This document shows positions 1-9,180 of a stretch of 38,669 bases of DNA, in pieces; the stretch's first letter is position 1; each line of letters starts with the position of its first letter. The position numbers were made by a program, and so were the translations under genes. This DNA comes from a virus (Duplodnaviria; Caudoviricetes): positions 1 through 38,669 of IMG/VR virus record IMGVR_UViG_3300046643_000107. One strand, 5' to 3'. The notes beneath the pieces were generated by a model. It was not told the DNA's origin. It saw nothing but the letters and a program-made list of their open reading frames with translations, and did no database searches.

Positions 1-207
1 TTGTTGGTCAGAAAAAGTGATCTGTGCCTGGATGGTTTGGGCTGAACATTGTGCGTACATACGATATACTACCTCATCTCCCGAACCTATTTGGTAAGAA
101 TTTATAGTAGTTAACACAACATTGCTTTCAGGATTGTCTGAAAGCGGAGTGTTAATTGAAACATCGCTGGAGTCGCCAAATATATTGCAGGTGAATTGAC
201 CCGAATC
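1..207. repeat. Terminal direct repeat / circular overlap, left copy
   Basis: 1-207 is identical to 38463-38669 except A99 vs G38561. Confidence 0.97.
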
Positions 208-2409
208 TGTCTTATCAACATAGAAATCAATCTTGCTAAGTCTTGCCCGTTGATCATTCCCGAAGAAGTTAAAGTATTTAGTTGATATGTCGATATTGCT
301 GATTTTTGTGATTTGTCCGCCACCGCCATATACTCCAATTGTTTCAATTGGCGCGAGTCCCTGATCATCATCATAGCTTACTACTCGTATATTTACTGCA
401 GAAGACCCAATGGCTGGCGTAAATGTTAAATTTAGCAACCCGCTCTGGTAATTAATAGTTCCAGATCCTAATCCTGAATTTTCTACTAATATGCCGTTTA
501 GGGCCACATCCCTGAATACCAAACCAGATCCAACATTGATTTGTACTGAACCAGCTACAATAGGTGTATAATCTATATCATACGTGTATGAAGCACCTAT
601 GGCGTTGGGAGCTATTATTGACTTAAACTCGTTTACTACAAATGTATTATCAGTCGTTAATGATTTGGAAATCTTAAAATTCCGCCCATTTAGTGATACA
701 CCATCTGCACTAGTGGTTCCTGTTATATCTGTTATTGTTATCCAGGTGCCATCGGGCATATTGTTATTTACGCTTGTGAATATACCCGGATTTGCAGCAG
801 TAATGGCGGAAATACTTAGAGAAGGAGAATTCTGTCCATCGGTTTGCTCCAAAACAAAAACATAACCTTGTTGATTACCGGCAATGATTGATTCGAATCC
901 ATCCGAACCGCTTCCATCACCCCATGTTTTGTTTCCATAAGAAGACCATGAATCAGTCAAGTCGGCCCAAGTTTCCCCAGAACTTCCAGGATAATAATAA
1001 CCAAAACATGTAAATACGTCGTCGAAAAGAGCCCAATTTTTGGTATCATAGTTAAAAACTAGCACTTGGTCGGGATAAGTGCCATCTGAGTTAGAATCGC
1101 TGGGTAGTGTCCAATAACTTAGCTTGGATCTGAATGTTCTGATGCCTTGAACTCGATTAAATCCAAAATTACTCTGACGAATATTAAAGATTTCATCAGG
1201 TATTTTTTCATCAAAACGAATCGTATCGTTACCATCGCTTATTACAATGCCTCTATTCCCTATGGCCATTAATCCTTTATCAAAAGGAATGGTGCTTCCT
1301 GTGCAATCGCTGCCAAGCTCAATGTTTACTCTTTCCCAAACAAACGGATTTTGCGCATTATTGACAAAGCGTAGACGCCAAGTACTACGGGTAAAATAAA
1401 CAATGAGAATATCACGTATGAAAGCAGCACCAACAATACTTTCATTAGTAGGAGCATCATTAGCGCCGCCTCTGCCAAAAAGATCATCACGCCCTGCATT
1501 TACATCTACTCCTTGTATGTTAGGAAATACTGGTTGTGGAGGTGAATAATACGGGGTTCCGATTTGTATCCATCTTGCTCTATTCGTAAATGCTGATTGG
1601 CTTTGTTCATTTCCTTCAGTTGTATTAAGAAATACAAGATATCCACGATATGGAAATATTAGAAGCGCTCCCAGTAATGCATTATTAGTGTCGATTGGAG
1701 GATTATAATTTGCCCATCCTGTCCCATTGGAAAGAACTCCATAATATCTAATTCCATCTTGGCCAGCGACAGAGACGGCGGAATTTAAAGCAAATCCATT
1801 GGCAGTATAAACGCCATAAGTACTGGTATCAATCGTATTTAATGTGAATGTATTTGCGCCTGTTACCGTAATGGTATCGGATTGCCCATTGATTTGAACC
1901 ATTCCCCCTACATTGATAAAAACAACTGTCTGTCCTGTTGTAAATCCATGAGGAGTAGTTGTGGTTACTAAGGCTGTTGGCGCGACAGCATTTGTTATAC
2001 TTTGAATGGAAGCTCCATGCAATCCAGGCTTAGAATTGGTTGCCCAAAAGGCATTTGCATAGTTGGCTGTATAGAAAAATTGATAATCTGTCCCACTCCA
2101 AACCACGGGCATTACTGAAGGCAAAGCAACAAAGGCAGTACCGTTATATTCGTATGAATTCGTAGTATCAAAGGCTATCAGAGTTTGAACATTTATGCCT
2201 GGCTGCTCCCAGGTTTTTAATCCCATAACAGGGGTGCCGTTAGCAAGTCTTCCTAATCCTGTATAGCCAGCGCGTCTTACGATTCTTCCTCTGAATTGAT
2301 ATGCATTTATCAATTGCTCAAATGAATCATCAGGTATGGCCCAAGGTCTTAGATCCTTGCGTATACCGTCTTTCACCGGTCCTATTAAAAATTCTGATGG
2401 ACTCGACAT
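1..2409 (-). CDS. Tail nozzle / DNA-stabilisation protein (P22 gp10 / T7 gp12-like), 5' part; continues across the junction to stop at 38379 (~830 aa)
   Basis: Absent from the ORF track because it has no stop before base 1. ATG at 2409 reads MSSPSEFLIGPVKDGIRKDLRPWAIPDDSFEQLINAYQFRGRIVRRAG and is in frame with 38379-38669. Size, beta-rich sequence and position downstream of the adaptor fit a nozzle protein. Confidence 0.75.
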   Translation of the reverse strand, partial: MSSPSEFLIGPVKDGIRKDLRPWAIPDDSFEQLINAYQFRGRIVRRAGYTGLGRLANGTPVMGLKTWEQPGINVQTLIAFDTTNSYEYNGTAFVALPSVMPVVWSGTDYQFFYTANYANAFWATNSKPGLHGASIQSITNAVAPTALVTTTTPHGFTTGQTVVFINVGGMVQINGQSDTITVTGANTFTLNTIDTSTYGVYTANGFALNSAVSVAGQDGIRYYGVLSNGTGWANYNPPIDTNNALLGALLIFPYRGYLVFLNTTEGNEQSQSAFTNRARWIQIGTPYYSPPQPVFPNIQGVDVNAGRDDLFGRGGANDAPTNESIVGAAFIRDILIVYFTRSTWRLRFVNNAQNPFVWERVNIELGSDCTGSTIPFDKGLMAIGNRGIVISDGNDTIRFDEKIPDEIFNIRQSNFGFNRVQGIRTFRSKLSYWTLPSDSNSDGTYPDQVLVFNYDTKNWALFDDVFTCFGYYYPGSSGETWADLTDSWSSYGNKTWGDGSGSDGFESIIAGNQQGYVFVLEQTDGQNSPSLSISAITAANPGIFTSVNNNMPDGTWITITDITGTTSADGVSLNGRNFKISKSLTTDNTFVVNEFKSIIAPNAIGASYTYDIDYTPIVAGSVQINVGSGLVFRDVALNGILVENSGLGSGTINYQSGLLNLTFTPAIGSSAVNIRVVSYDDDQGLAPIETIGVYGGGGQITKISNIDISTKYFNFFGNDQRARLSKIDFYVDKTDSGQFTCNIFGDSSDVSINTPLSDNPESNVVLTTINSYQIGSGDEVVYRMYAQCSAQTIQAQITFSDQQ

Positions 2410-2410
2410 G

Positions 2411-3058
2411 TTATGCCTTTGCTATGACTATATATGTAAAGCTATATGCAATTGCTCCCCCATTAAAATTCCCACCAGAGTGAATTACAAACCTATCATT
2501 TGTAACTGTATTTACTGCTGTGGCTACTGTAAATGGAATAGGTGTTCCAATTGTAGTCATGGTGTTAGGAATTGCAATAGCCAGCAATATTTGAGTTGGA
2601 GCCGGGGAAAGAATAATCGTATCTGCAATAGCAACATTCGGAACGGTAACACCGCTATCAACGCCAAAGTATAAAAGATATCCTCCAGGAAGGAAGCTTT
2701 GATATTGAGGCCCAGCGGTATTCACTACATTAAAAGTGAGTTGCATTGGCGTATTTGGCGCATTTTGTGTGTCTGCAGCATTTGGCAAGAACTTCTTAAT
2801 CTGAGCAAACAATTGTGGTTGCATACCTGAGAGAGATGTAGCATTTTTGCAATACAAAACGACGAGGTCTTCTGTAACACCGGGATCTACTGTTTGACTT
2901 GTCAAGATTACATCTTCATGATCGCCTTGATTACTGCTATTAATGGCACTATGATTTAAAGCAAATATACGAGCGTATTCTGCAAAATTAGTTTGTATTT
3001 GTGCCTGTGTTGCAGCTGGTGAAGGCTGAGATTGAGGTGTTGTCGGAGAAAATGTCAT
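2411..3058 (-). CDS. Virion tail-associated protein, paralogue 3 of a tandem triplet
   Basis: Shares the P-x-x-P...Q...N-F...F-x-x-N-H-x-A-L/I N-terminus with the two adjacent genes. LPGGYLLYFG resembles gp53-like tail-fibre C-terminal domains. Confidence 0.6.
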   Translation of the reverse strand: MTFSPTTPQSQPSPAATQAQIQTNFAEYARIFALNHSAINSSNQGDHEDVILTSQTVDPGVTEDLVVLYCKNATSLSGMQPQLFAQIKKFLPNAADTQNAPNTPMQLTFNVVNTAGPQYQSFLPGGYLLYFGVDSGVTVPNVAIADTIILSPAPTQILLAIAIPNTMTTIGTPIPFTVATAVNTVTNDRFVIHSGGNFNGGAIAYSFTYIVIAKA

Positions 3059-3669
3059 ATGTTACCTACGCAGAGATAAAAATATCCTATAGGGCTTAAT
3101 TGAAAGAATTGAATCGAAGTATTAATGCCTGGAAGATTCTGTATAACTTTGTATGTAGGCAATAACCTTCCGACAAAATCTGATCCACACACATTCAATG
3201 CCATGATATTTTTCATGATAAATGGAGATAATTGTATCGTTTTGCCGTCAGGGAGATTAGGCGGGAAGAAAGCGCCAAATAACACTAGTAATTTCCCAGG
3301 CAAAAATGTCATATAAATACTTTGACCAGGCAATTGCACAGGTCCATATATTTGATAATTGGTAATCTGCACTTCTGTTCCATTGCCTTGATACCGAAGA
3401 AATAATTGATCGGTCTGCCCCTCTGATGTTTTTGCATAAACAGAAAGTTCACTAACATCTGTTTGAAAAGATCCATTCTGGTGTAGCATTTCCACTATCG
3501 AATGATTGCCTTCAGTGGGAGCGCCAGCATCTAATGCAGAATGATTTCTTCTAAATGCTTCATTCATCTGAAAGAAGTTATTGAGAAAATTAGGTTGTGT
3601 AGACGCTAAATCATCGTTAACTCTGGGAATATTTGCATTATATGGAGTATTTTCTTCTGGAGGTATCAT
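3055..3669 (-). CDS. Virion tail-associated protein, paralogue 2
   Basis: YNANIP...TQPNFLNNF...FRRNHSAL and FLPGKLLVLFG; overlaps both neighbours (translational coupling). Confidence 0.6.
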   Translation of the reverse strand: MIPPEENTPYNANIPRVNDDLASTQPNFLNNFFQMNEAFRRNHSALDAGAPTEGNHSIVEMLHQNGSFQTDVSELSVYAKTSEGQTDQLFLRYQGNGTEVQITNYQIYGPVQLPGQSIYMTFLPGKLLVLFGAFFPPNLPDGKTIQLSPFIMKNIMALNVCGSDFVGRLLPTYKVIQNLPGINTSIQFFQLSPIGYFYLCVGNI

Positions 3670-4256
3670 TATTGCCCTATAGCCAAATATGTGATGTTTC
3701 TGCTCGGTGGATTTATTGTACTTGTAAATCTTACTGTAAATGATGTTCCTGTGATATTCGTTGGTATCGCATAATTTACATCAATATCCAAGTCATTAGC
3801 TCCTCTTTCTGTCGCTATTCCTACATATCTTAAATTCGCCCCAGGCGCCAATGGTCCAATGGTCTGTCCATTTGTAACATTGTTTATCCGGCCTCCATAT
3901 ACAATGAAAGGCCCAGCAACATAGCTATATTGACTTGTAGCCGCCGAAGCTGTACTAATCGAGGGATAAGTCATTTGAATAGGTGTTTGATTGCTGTTGG
4001 GCCTAAAAAACAAATTTGGGATAGTTGATACTGCCTTATTATATAAGGCAGTTTGGGTAGCAGAGGTTGTTGGATCTGGAGTTATACCAATTTGTGGCCT
4101 TAGAATCAAAACATTATGCCTGCCTTGATTGGCCGTACCCAAAGCTGCATGATTTTCTGCAAAGGTATTGAATATAGCTTGATAGTTAGTCAATATTTGC
4201 CTTTGCGAAACAGCTCTCTTGCTAGTGGATTGAGGAATGTTTGGATTATATCCCAT
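3669..4256 (-). CDS. Virion tail-associated protein, paralogue 1
   Basis: YNPNIP...SQRQILTNY...FAENHAAL and VAGPFIVYGG. Confidence 0.6.
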   Translation of the reverse strand: MGYNPNIPQSTSKRAVSQRQILTNYQAIFNTFAENHAALGTANQGRHNVLILRPQIGITPDPTTSATQTALYNKAVSTIPNLFFRPNSNQTPIQMTYPSISTASAATSQYSYVAGPFIVYGGRINNVTNGQTIGPLAPGANLRYVGIATERGANDLDIDVNYAIPTNITGTSFTVRFTSTINPPSRNITYLAIGQ

Positions 4257-5299
4257 TAACTTGTCCCGCTGTATTCAGTTCCCCAGAACCATGACGCTAA
4301 TGGGCGTCCTGGCTGGCTAAAGATAGTTGCAGCTCGTTGACTTCCCATCTGCCTTAATGATCTTCTTTGGGCCATCTGCAATTGATCTTGGTAAATAGGC
4401 ATTAAATATGCCATACCTTCTGGATCTGGAAAGTCAGTATATATTAGCTTTGAAGCTATTGCACAAATGAATAAATACCATTCATCGAGTTCTGGTGAAT
4501 CAGCATCGGCTATCAAATCCATTGGTTGTTGACTTATCTGAAATTCCACTTGGTAAACTTGCATTGGGCATGGTCTAAAAACAATCTGCTGATTATAAAA
4601 TAATACGTCTGTTGGCCTAGATGCTTGGTATGGTACTACTGCTGCAAATATCTGCGCTCCAGATGGGATTGGGGTAGTGACTGAAGTAAATGTATATGCA
4701 CCCGTTAAATAATTTACAGTTCCTACAACATTATTTAAGGCATCTACTAGGTCCCCGACATTACTTCCAGCCGATGGAACGTCTGTCAAAGTGTAAGTAA
4801 ACCCTGTATCATCAAATGCCGAGATTATTACAGCAGCCTCTGTAACGTTTCCAAATATATCTAATTGAGCTCTATAGAAGGGTGTAGATGGTATTGTACC
4901 TACATATGGGCCCAGAATATTTCTTCCAGAATTTATTTGCTGATTCACTGAAAGATTCGGCCATCTATTATAGAATGTAGTCTTGTCCTGAAAATATCTT
5001 AAAATATATCCCTGGCAATACACTGGAGGGGTTATTTGTATATTTCCGGGTATTGGGGTTCCATCTGGATTTGTTGCGATTCCGTTTTGATACACAAAAT
5101 CATACGTATCAACATTAGGAGTAGTAAGGAAAACATAAGGCTTCGTTAACTTTAGATTCTTAAATTGTTCTGGAAAATGCAACGTATAGGCTAGATTTAG
5201 ATATCTATCTACTTGTGAGTCCTGCATCTGAGCTGGGGTATATCTCCCAGTCATGCGACGAACAGTATTTCTCATCTCTAATTTTGTAACCATTCTCAA
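4256..5299 (-). CDS. Head-tail adaptor (tail tubular A / P22 gp4-like) with inserted beta domain
   Basis: Helical N-terminus (LEMRNTVRRMTG...VDRYLNLAY) and C-terminus (PELDEWYLFICAIASKLIY) typical of adaptors; lies between capsid and nozzle genes. Confidence 0.6.
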   Translation of the reverse strand: MRMVTKLEMRNTVRRMTGRYTPAQMQDSQVDRYLNLAYTLHFPEQFKNLKLTKPYVFLTTPNVDTYDFVYQNGIATNPDGTPIPGNIQITPPVYCQGYILRYFQDKTTFYNRWPNLSVNQQINSGRNILGPYVGTIPSTPFYRAQLDIFGNVTEAAVIISAFDDTGFTYTLTDVPSAGSNVGDLVDALNNVVGTVNYLTGAYTFTSVTTPIPSGAQIFAAVVPYQASRPTDVLFYNQQIVFRPCPMQVYQVEFQISQQPMDLIADADSPELDEWYLFICAIASKLIYTDFPDPEGMAYLMPIYQDQLQMAQRRSLRQMGSQRAATIFSQPGRPLASWFWGTEYSGTS

Positions 5300-5724
5300 A
5301 CCCCATTTACAGGATCACCAGGAGCACCGTTATTATATATAACTCCCTCAAAGCTTGTCTGATTGCCATAAGGTAGTGGCAGAGGCGGTAAATACTTACC
5401 CGAAGAATTTGGTATTACCGTAGGAGGAGTATAAGCTAATGGTAACGGAGATGGATAAGAAAATACAGAAAAATTAGTTGAATCCAAATCAATTGTTAAC
5501 GTATCTGTCGTTATAGATAAAACTTGAACATTTTTTCCATTCAATTCAACCATTCCAAATTGTGTAGGAATCTGAAAAGTCACGTCCATTCCAGCTACAT
5601 ACCCATGATCAATTACCGTAGTAACAATCATTGGGTATGAGTTGGTAACAGCCAGTATATCCCGTACCACGAGGTTTTGTGTTACGATTACTTGAGAATA
5701 TCCTGGATAATATATTATAGACAT
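5296..5724 (-). CDS. Virion protein with FCCH-like beta domain
   Basis: VTNSYPMIVTT..HGYVAGMDVTF...GMVELNG motif; paralogous to the C-terminal half of 6357-7478. Confidence 0.6.
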   Translation of the reverse strand: MSIIYYPGYSQVIVTQNLVVRDILAVTNSYPMIVTTVIDHGYVAGMDVTFQIPTQFGMVELNGKNVQVLSITTDTLTIDLDSTNFSVFSYPSPLPLAYTPPTVIPNSSGKYLPPLPLPYGNQTSFEGVIYNNGAPGDPVNGV

Positions 5725-5727
5725 TTG

Positions 5728-6297
5728 TTAAAATCCTACCGGCACAAATGCATATTTCTTATTTGATGTATCAACAGAATGAATGGCAGAAGTTCCATCT
5801 GGCGCTTGAATTCCATCTTTCTGTATAAACCTTGGCATATGGTAATGCTCATTGATCTGGTCTGCAAATCCTCTAGGGATTGTATAAACCTTTCCTTCTT
5901 CGAAGTGCCACCATCTAACCGGATCATCAGCATATTTAATATATGGCAACTTTATCGATTGACCCGGATTTCTGCGATTCATAAAGCGTCCAGTTACCTG
6001 TTCATTATCAATCAACTTTTGCTTAGCAACCACATCTTCGGACGTTTTCTTTTCGTTTATTCTAGATACTTGCTTATCGATTAAAGCTCTTTCATCTGCA
6101 TCTATTTCTCTACGTCCAGAATATTGTAATTCCTTTTTCTTTTCTTGTATCTCTAGGCGAGTGCGCTCTAATTCTACGCGAGCTTTGTCAATTTCGGTTT
6201 GAAGACCTTCCAATTGCTGTTCATCTGACATCTCTTTCCTATCAATTAAAGTTTTTTCTTCTTCTTTTATAGTATTGTCTTTTTTTGGTCTTGCCAT
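5728..6297 (-). CDS. Hypothetical protein with N-terminal coiled coil
   Basis: 189-aa ORF preceded by a GGAG RBS, inside the structural operon. Confidence 0.6.
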   Translation of the reverse strand: MARPKKDNTIKEEEKTLIDRKEMSDEQQLEGLQTEIDKARVELERTRLEIQEKKKELQYSGRREIDADERALIDKQVSRINEKKTSEDVVAKQKLIDNEQVTGRFMNRRNPGQSIKLPYIKYADDPVRWWHFEEGKVYTIPRGFADQINEHYHMPRFIQKDGIQAPDGTSAIHSVDTSNKKYAFVPVGF

Positions 6298-6311
6298 TTT
6301 TTCTCCATGTT

Positions 6312-6342
6312 AAAAAGAGGCGGGGATATTTAGTCCCCACCT
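6312..6342 (-). terminator. Intrinsic terminator after the capsid and decoration genes
   Basis: Minus strand AGGTGGGGA-ctaaata-TCCCCGCCT followed by CTTTTT. Confidence 0.7.
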
Positions 6343-6356
6343 ACTTTACTTATACT

Positions 6357-7478
6357 CTAAGGAAAAGTTTGAAGAGAAGTTACTGCTCTCCATTCCCATG
6401 TATCTACCGTGGCTCCTATAATACCGCCTGTGGTAGTTGCATTTGTACCATCGCCAGCACCGATAAGAATACCATTTTGTCCTTGGTTTTGACGGGCAAA
6501 GCCTAAGATATTTTGGTTTCCATATGGTAATGGAGCAGGTACTACGCCAAAGCCTTGGAAGTTGTTAATATTTCCTTCACCTTGAGGTATCATTACTGGC
6601 AATTGTTCTGGATAGCTTCCAGAGCCTGGCCATGCAAATGCAGTAAATCCTGTAGCATCTACAGCTAAAGTCACTGTCTGTGTACCAATTGCATTGTTTA
6701 CTGCAATTACAGTGAATTGAACTGGCAGACCATTGGTTGTTGTATTCAATTGGTTCATACCAAAACCACTTACGCCAGAAATAACTGGTTGTTGTGGGAT
6801 TTGGAATCTCATTACATCACCAACTTGGTAAATTTGACGAACTAATGTTGTCACTACCATTGGATTTGTCAGAGAGATAGCAGCAATTGTTCTATATTCT
6901 GGGTAATACAAACGTGGAGGAGGTAAGTTTGCGTTGCCTACTTTGAATACGGTTCCAACTGAAGTAAGGGCATTGCTAGAGTTTAGCAATGTTGTAAATG
7001 TAGTAGTTGAACCTACTGCAGTTACGGTCATTACAAGTCCACCCAGTTGTGGTGCAGTTGTTAAACCAGTAATACGTACGTTATCCCCTACTTGGAAGCC
7101 GTGGGCGGCTCCAGTAGTAAATACTGTAGTTGTGCCAGGAACAAACGAAGCAATCGCAATGTTTGGCCCTTTTACTTGGTTTGCAGCATTAAAAATAGTA
7201 AAGCCGTTTTGGGCTAGATTACCATTGTTTGATGGAGCTACATTGCCTGCAACAGTACCGTTTTGTTTGATTAAAGCTGTTCCGCCTGCCATATAACGTG
7301 GGAAGAATTCAGCTTCATATAAACGACCAGTAGTTAATGCGCCTGCAACTCCACCAGCTGTAACGCCGCTTCTTGTCAAGTTGACAAGTCTAAACTCATC
7401 AATTTGTTGAGAAAGAGGAATAAAAAACGGTGTTGATGCCGCATTGGTAAAAAACCCTGTAGTAACTTGAGTACTCAT
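6357..7478 (-). CDS. Putative capsid decoration / minor capsid protein with two FCCH-like domains
   Basis: Directly follows the capsid gene with a GGAGG RBS; G/T/A-rich; contains AHGFQVGDNVRITG and ISLTNPMVVTT...YQVGDVMRF. Confidence 0.6.
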   Translation of the reverse strand: MSTQVTTGFFTNAASTPFFIPLSQQIDEFRLVNLTRSGVTAGGVAGALTTGRLYEAEFFPRYMAGGTALIKQNGTVAGNVAPSNNGNLAQNGFTIFNAANQVKGPNIAIASFVPGTTTVFTTGAAHGFQVGDNVRITGLTTAPQLGGLVMTVTAVGSTTTFTTLLNSSNALTSVGTVFKVGNANLPPPRLYYPEYRTIAAISLTNPMVVTTLVRQIYQVGDVMRFQIPQQPVISGVSGFGMNQLNTTTNGLPVQFTVIAVNNAIGTQTVTLAVDATGFTAFAWPGSGSYPEQLPVMIPQGEGNINNFQGFGVVPAPLPYGNQNILGFARQNQGQNGILIGAGDGTNATTTGGIIGATVDTWEWRAVTSLQTFP

Positions 7479-7488
7479 TGTCTTCCTC

Positions 7489-8343
7489 CTATACTGCTAC
7501 TGCAAGAGTGCAGCGTAGGTTTATGATCCATGAAGTATTCGTAATGTTGAATACTTGAGCCATCTTCCAACCAGCTGTCTGATAAAGACGTAGGCGAGGA
7601 GAAGCGATTTCTGGTGGCGCATAGATGAATTGAGCAGAGTATCCATCCAAATCAACCATGTCATAGCTTTCTTGACCTGGAAGGAAGATGTTATATACAT
7701 CTGCACCAAGCGCTGAAGCATTAGGCGTAATCGAACCTACTGATGATAATAAAAATCTAATGTTACGTACTGAACCCCATTCGGCCTGCAACAAATTGCT
7801 ATTATTCGCATAATTAGCAACGTTGATAAATCCAAGCATTTGGTCCAAGTCAGCAGACAAGTTGGTATGACCCATACCAAAGAATGCTGTACGTACTGGA
7901 GCTGTGCCAAACTTATTTTCCCCTTCAATCATATCCTGAATGAATTGAGCATTGGCTGTACGCAATAAACGTACTGCTTTAGATGCGTCAAGAGGGCTGA
8001 TATTAGTTGGATTATCACCATTAGTACCAGATGTACAGTTAATTGGCGGAGCTCCGCCTTCCATCATTGATCTAGCTAGCTGATCTTCAGTTTCTCTCAA
8101 AGATTGTCCTAAAACGCTTACGGCGCTATTTAAGACTGGATCTTCGTTGATCAACATAACCTGCTCTTGCAAGATAATATAAGTGCCGTACCAATCGATA
8201 CGAGCATCAATATCAAGTGCAGTTAGCTGTTGTGCAGCTGGGTCAACAATACCGTTACCAAGTGGTACAGGTGCCGTTTGTAAGTTTTGGTATCTACGGC
8301 GACGTAGAATATCACCAGCTTGTTGATCCATAGTAATGGGGTA
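7489..8343 (-). CDS. Major capsid protein (N4-gp56-like), exon 2
   Basis: RRRRYQNL...DIDARIDWYG...DPVLN...LGQSLRETED...EWGSVRNIRF...LRLYQTAGWK. Joins exon 1 in frame to give 320 aa; the track's ATG at 8346 is the end of the intron. Confidence 0.88.
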   Translation of the reverse strand, partial: YPITMDQQAGDILRRRRYQNLQTAPVPLGNGIVDPAAQQLTALDIDARIDWYGTYIILQEQVMLINEDPVLNSAVSVLGQSLRETEDQLARSMMEGGAPPINCTSGTNGDNPTNISPLDASKAVRLLRTANAQFIQDMIEGENKFGTAPVRTAFFGMGHTNLSADLDQMLGFINVANYANNSNLLQAEWGSVRNIRFLLSSVGSITPNASALGADVYNIFLPGQESYDMVDLDGYSAQFIYAPPEIASPRLRLYQTAGWKMAQVFNITNTSWIINLRCTLAVAV

Positions 8344-9037
8344 CATTCTGTTACTTTATGACCTATCTTACACATAGGCGGGGAGTCTTGTTATTCCTCC
8401 CTCATACGTTCTCACGTATGTTCAGACTATATCATCACCTTTCGGTGTTTGGCGTGTAGTCGTTGAGGATTTTAGAACTAATTTCTTCATAAAGCCTCAA
8501 TTCATCTTCGGAGTAACCAACTCCACAGAATCCTTGGGTTTTAGCTTTACGGAGCCTGCAAAAGTCTAGGATTTTTTGGGCTTTTAATCGTTTTTCGCCC
8601 ATAAGAAAAGGCATTATCCATTCAATGAAGGCCATAGACTTTTTCATTGCTTGTATATTTATTTGCCAACCTTTCTTATATCCTTTTTTTCTAGGCTCTC
8701 TGATATACAGTTGGTATTCAATGCCATTTTTATGTAACAGCCTTTGAATCATATCTAAGATTTGAAAGTCAGTATTACATATCCCACAAAGAGGTACATA
8801 CATATTGACATTCTCTCCTTTATACTTACGGTTCGTTTTCATCAAACTGAACCAACCTTCTGCTTCAAAGAATCCAGCAAACCATTGCATGCTTAATTCT
8901 AATCTTTCCTGCTGATTGTCCATTGTTTCATCCTTTGGATTTTCACACTACCATTGTGCGGTTACTGGTAGTGTACCATAAGGCTTTAGGAGTTTCCAGC
9001 AAATAGCCAAATTTTAAATGGGCAACCCCTATTGTTT
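8344..9037 (-). ncRNA. Group I self-splicing intron (694 nt) in the capsid gene
   Basis: P1 AUGGGU/GCCCAU with a U.G pair at the 5' splice site; guide GGGGU pairs with 3' exon ACCCC (P10); P UUUGCUGGAAA, Q AAUCAGCAGG, R UCAACGACUAC, S GAUAUAGUCU; terminal G at 8344; splicing restores ...HTTMG|YPITMD... Confidence 0.93.
8435..8923 (-). CDS. Intron-encoded single-motif LAGLIDADG homing endonuclease
   Basis: WFAGFFEAEG motif, downstream ICNTD and FLMGEKRLKA; the ORF ends overlap intron core elements Q and R/P8. Confidence 0.9.
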   Translation of the reverse strand: MDNQQERLELSMQWFAGFFEAEGWFSLMKTNRKYKGENVNMYVPLCGICNTDFQILDMIQRLLHKNGIEYQLYIREPRKKGYKKGWQINIQAMKKSMAFIEWIMPFLMGEKRLKAQKILDFCRLRKAKTQGFCGVGYSEDELRLYEEISSKILNDYTPNTER

Positions 9038-9145
9038 ACCCATCGTGGTATGGATCAGATCTGGCATAGGACGTGCAAGCAATTTCATACTCAACTGTTG
9101 TTGCACAGCTGGAGGTAGAATGCTTGTGGTTGTAGGGCCTGACAT
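9038..9145 (-). CDS. Major capsid protein, exon 1 (36 aa)
   Basis: MSGPTTTSILPPAVQQQLSMKLLARPMPDLIHTTMG with a GGAG RBS; the unspliced frame stops after two more codons (K Q stop). Confidence 0.88.
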
Positions 9146-9150
9146 ATGTT

Positions 9151-9174
9151 GTCTCCATGATTAATCATAGAGAC
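9151..9174 (-). promoter_or_regulatory. Hairpin occluding the capsid RBS
   Basis: Minus-strand RNA GUCUCUAUGA-UUAA-UCAUGGAGAC contains the GGAG Shine-Dalgarno in its 3' arm. Confidence 0.55.
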
Positions 9175-9180
9175 GAAGAT

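Noticed and set aside
111-2674. Track ORFs 111-374, 584-865, 2301-2483 and 2336-2674
   Set aside because: They are shadows of the long minus-strand nozzle gene and its neighbour.
8344-8346. ATG 8346 as the capsid start
   Set aside because: It is the last three bases of the intron, has no clear RBS, and would drop the N-terminal arm.
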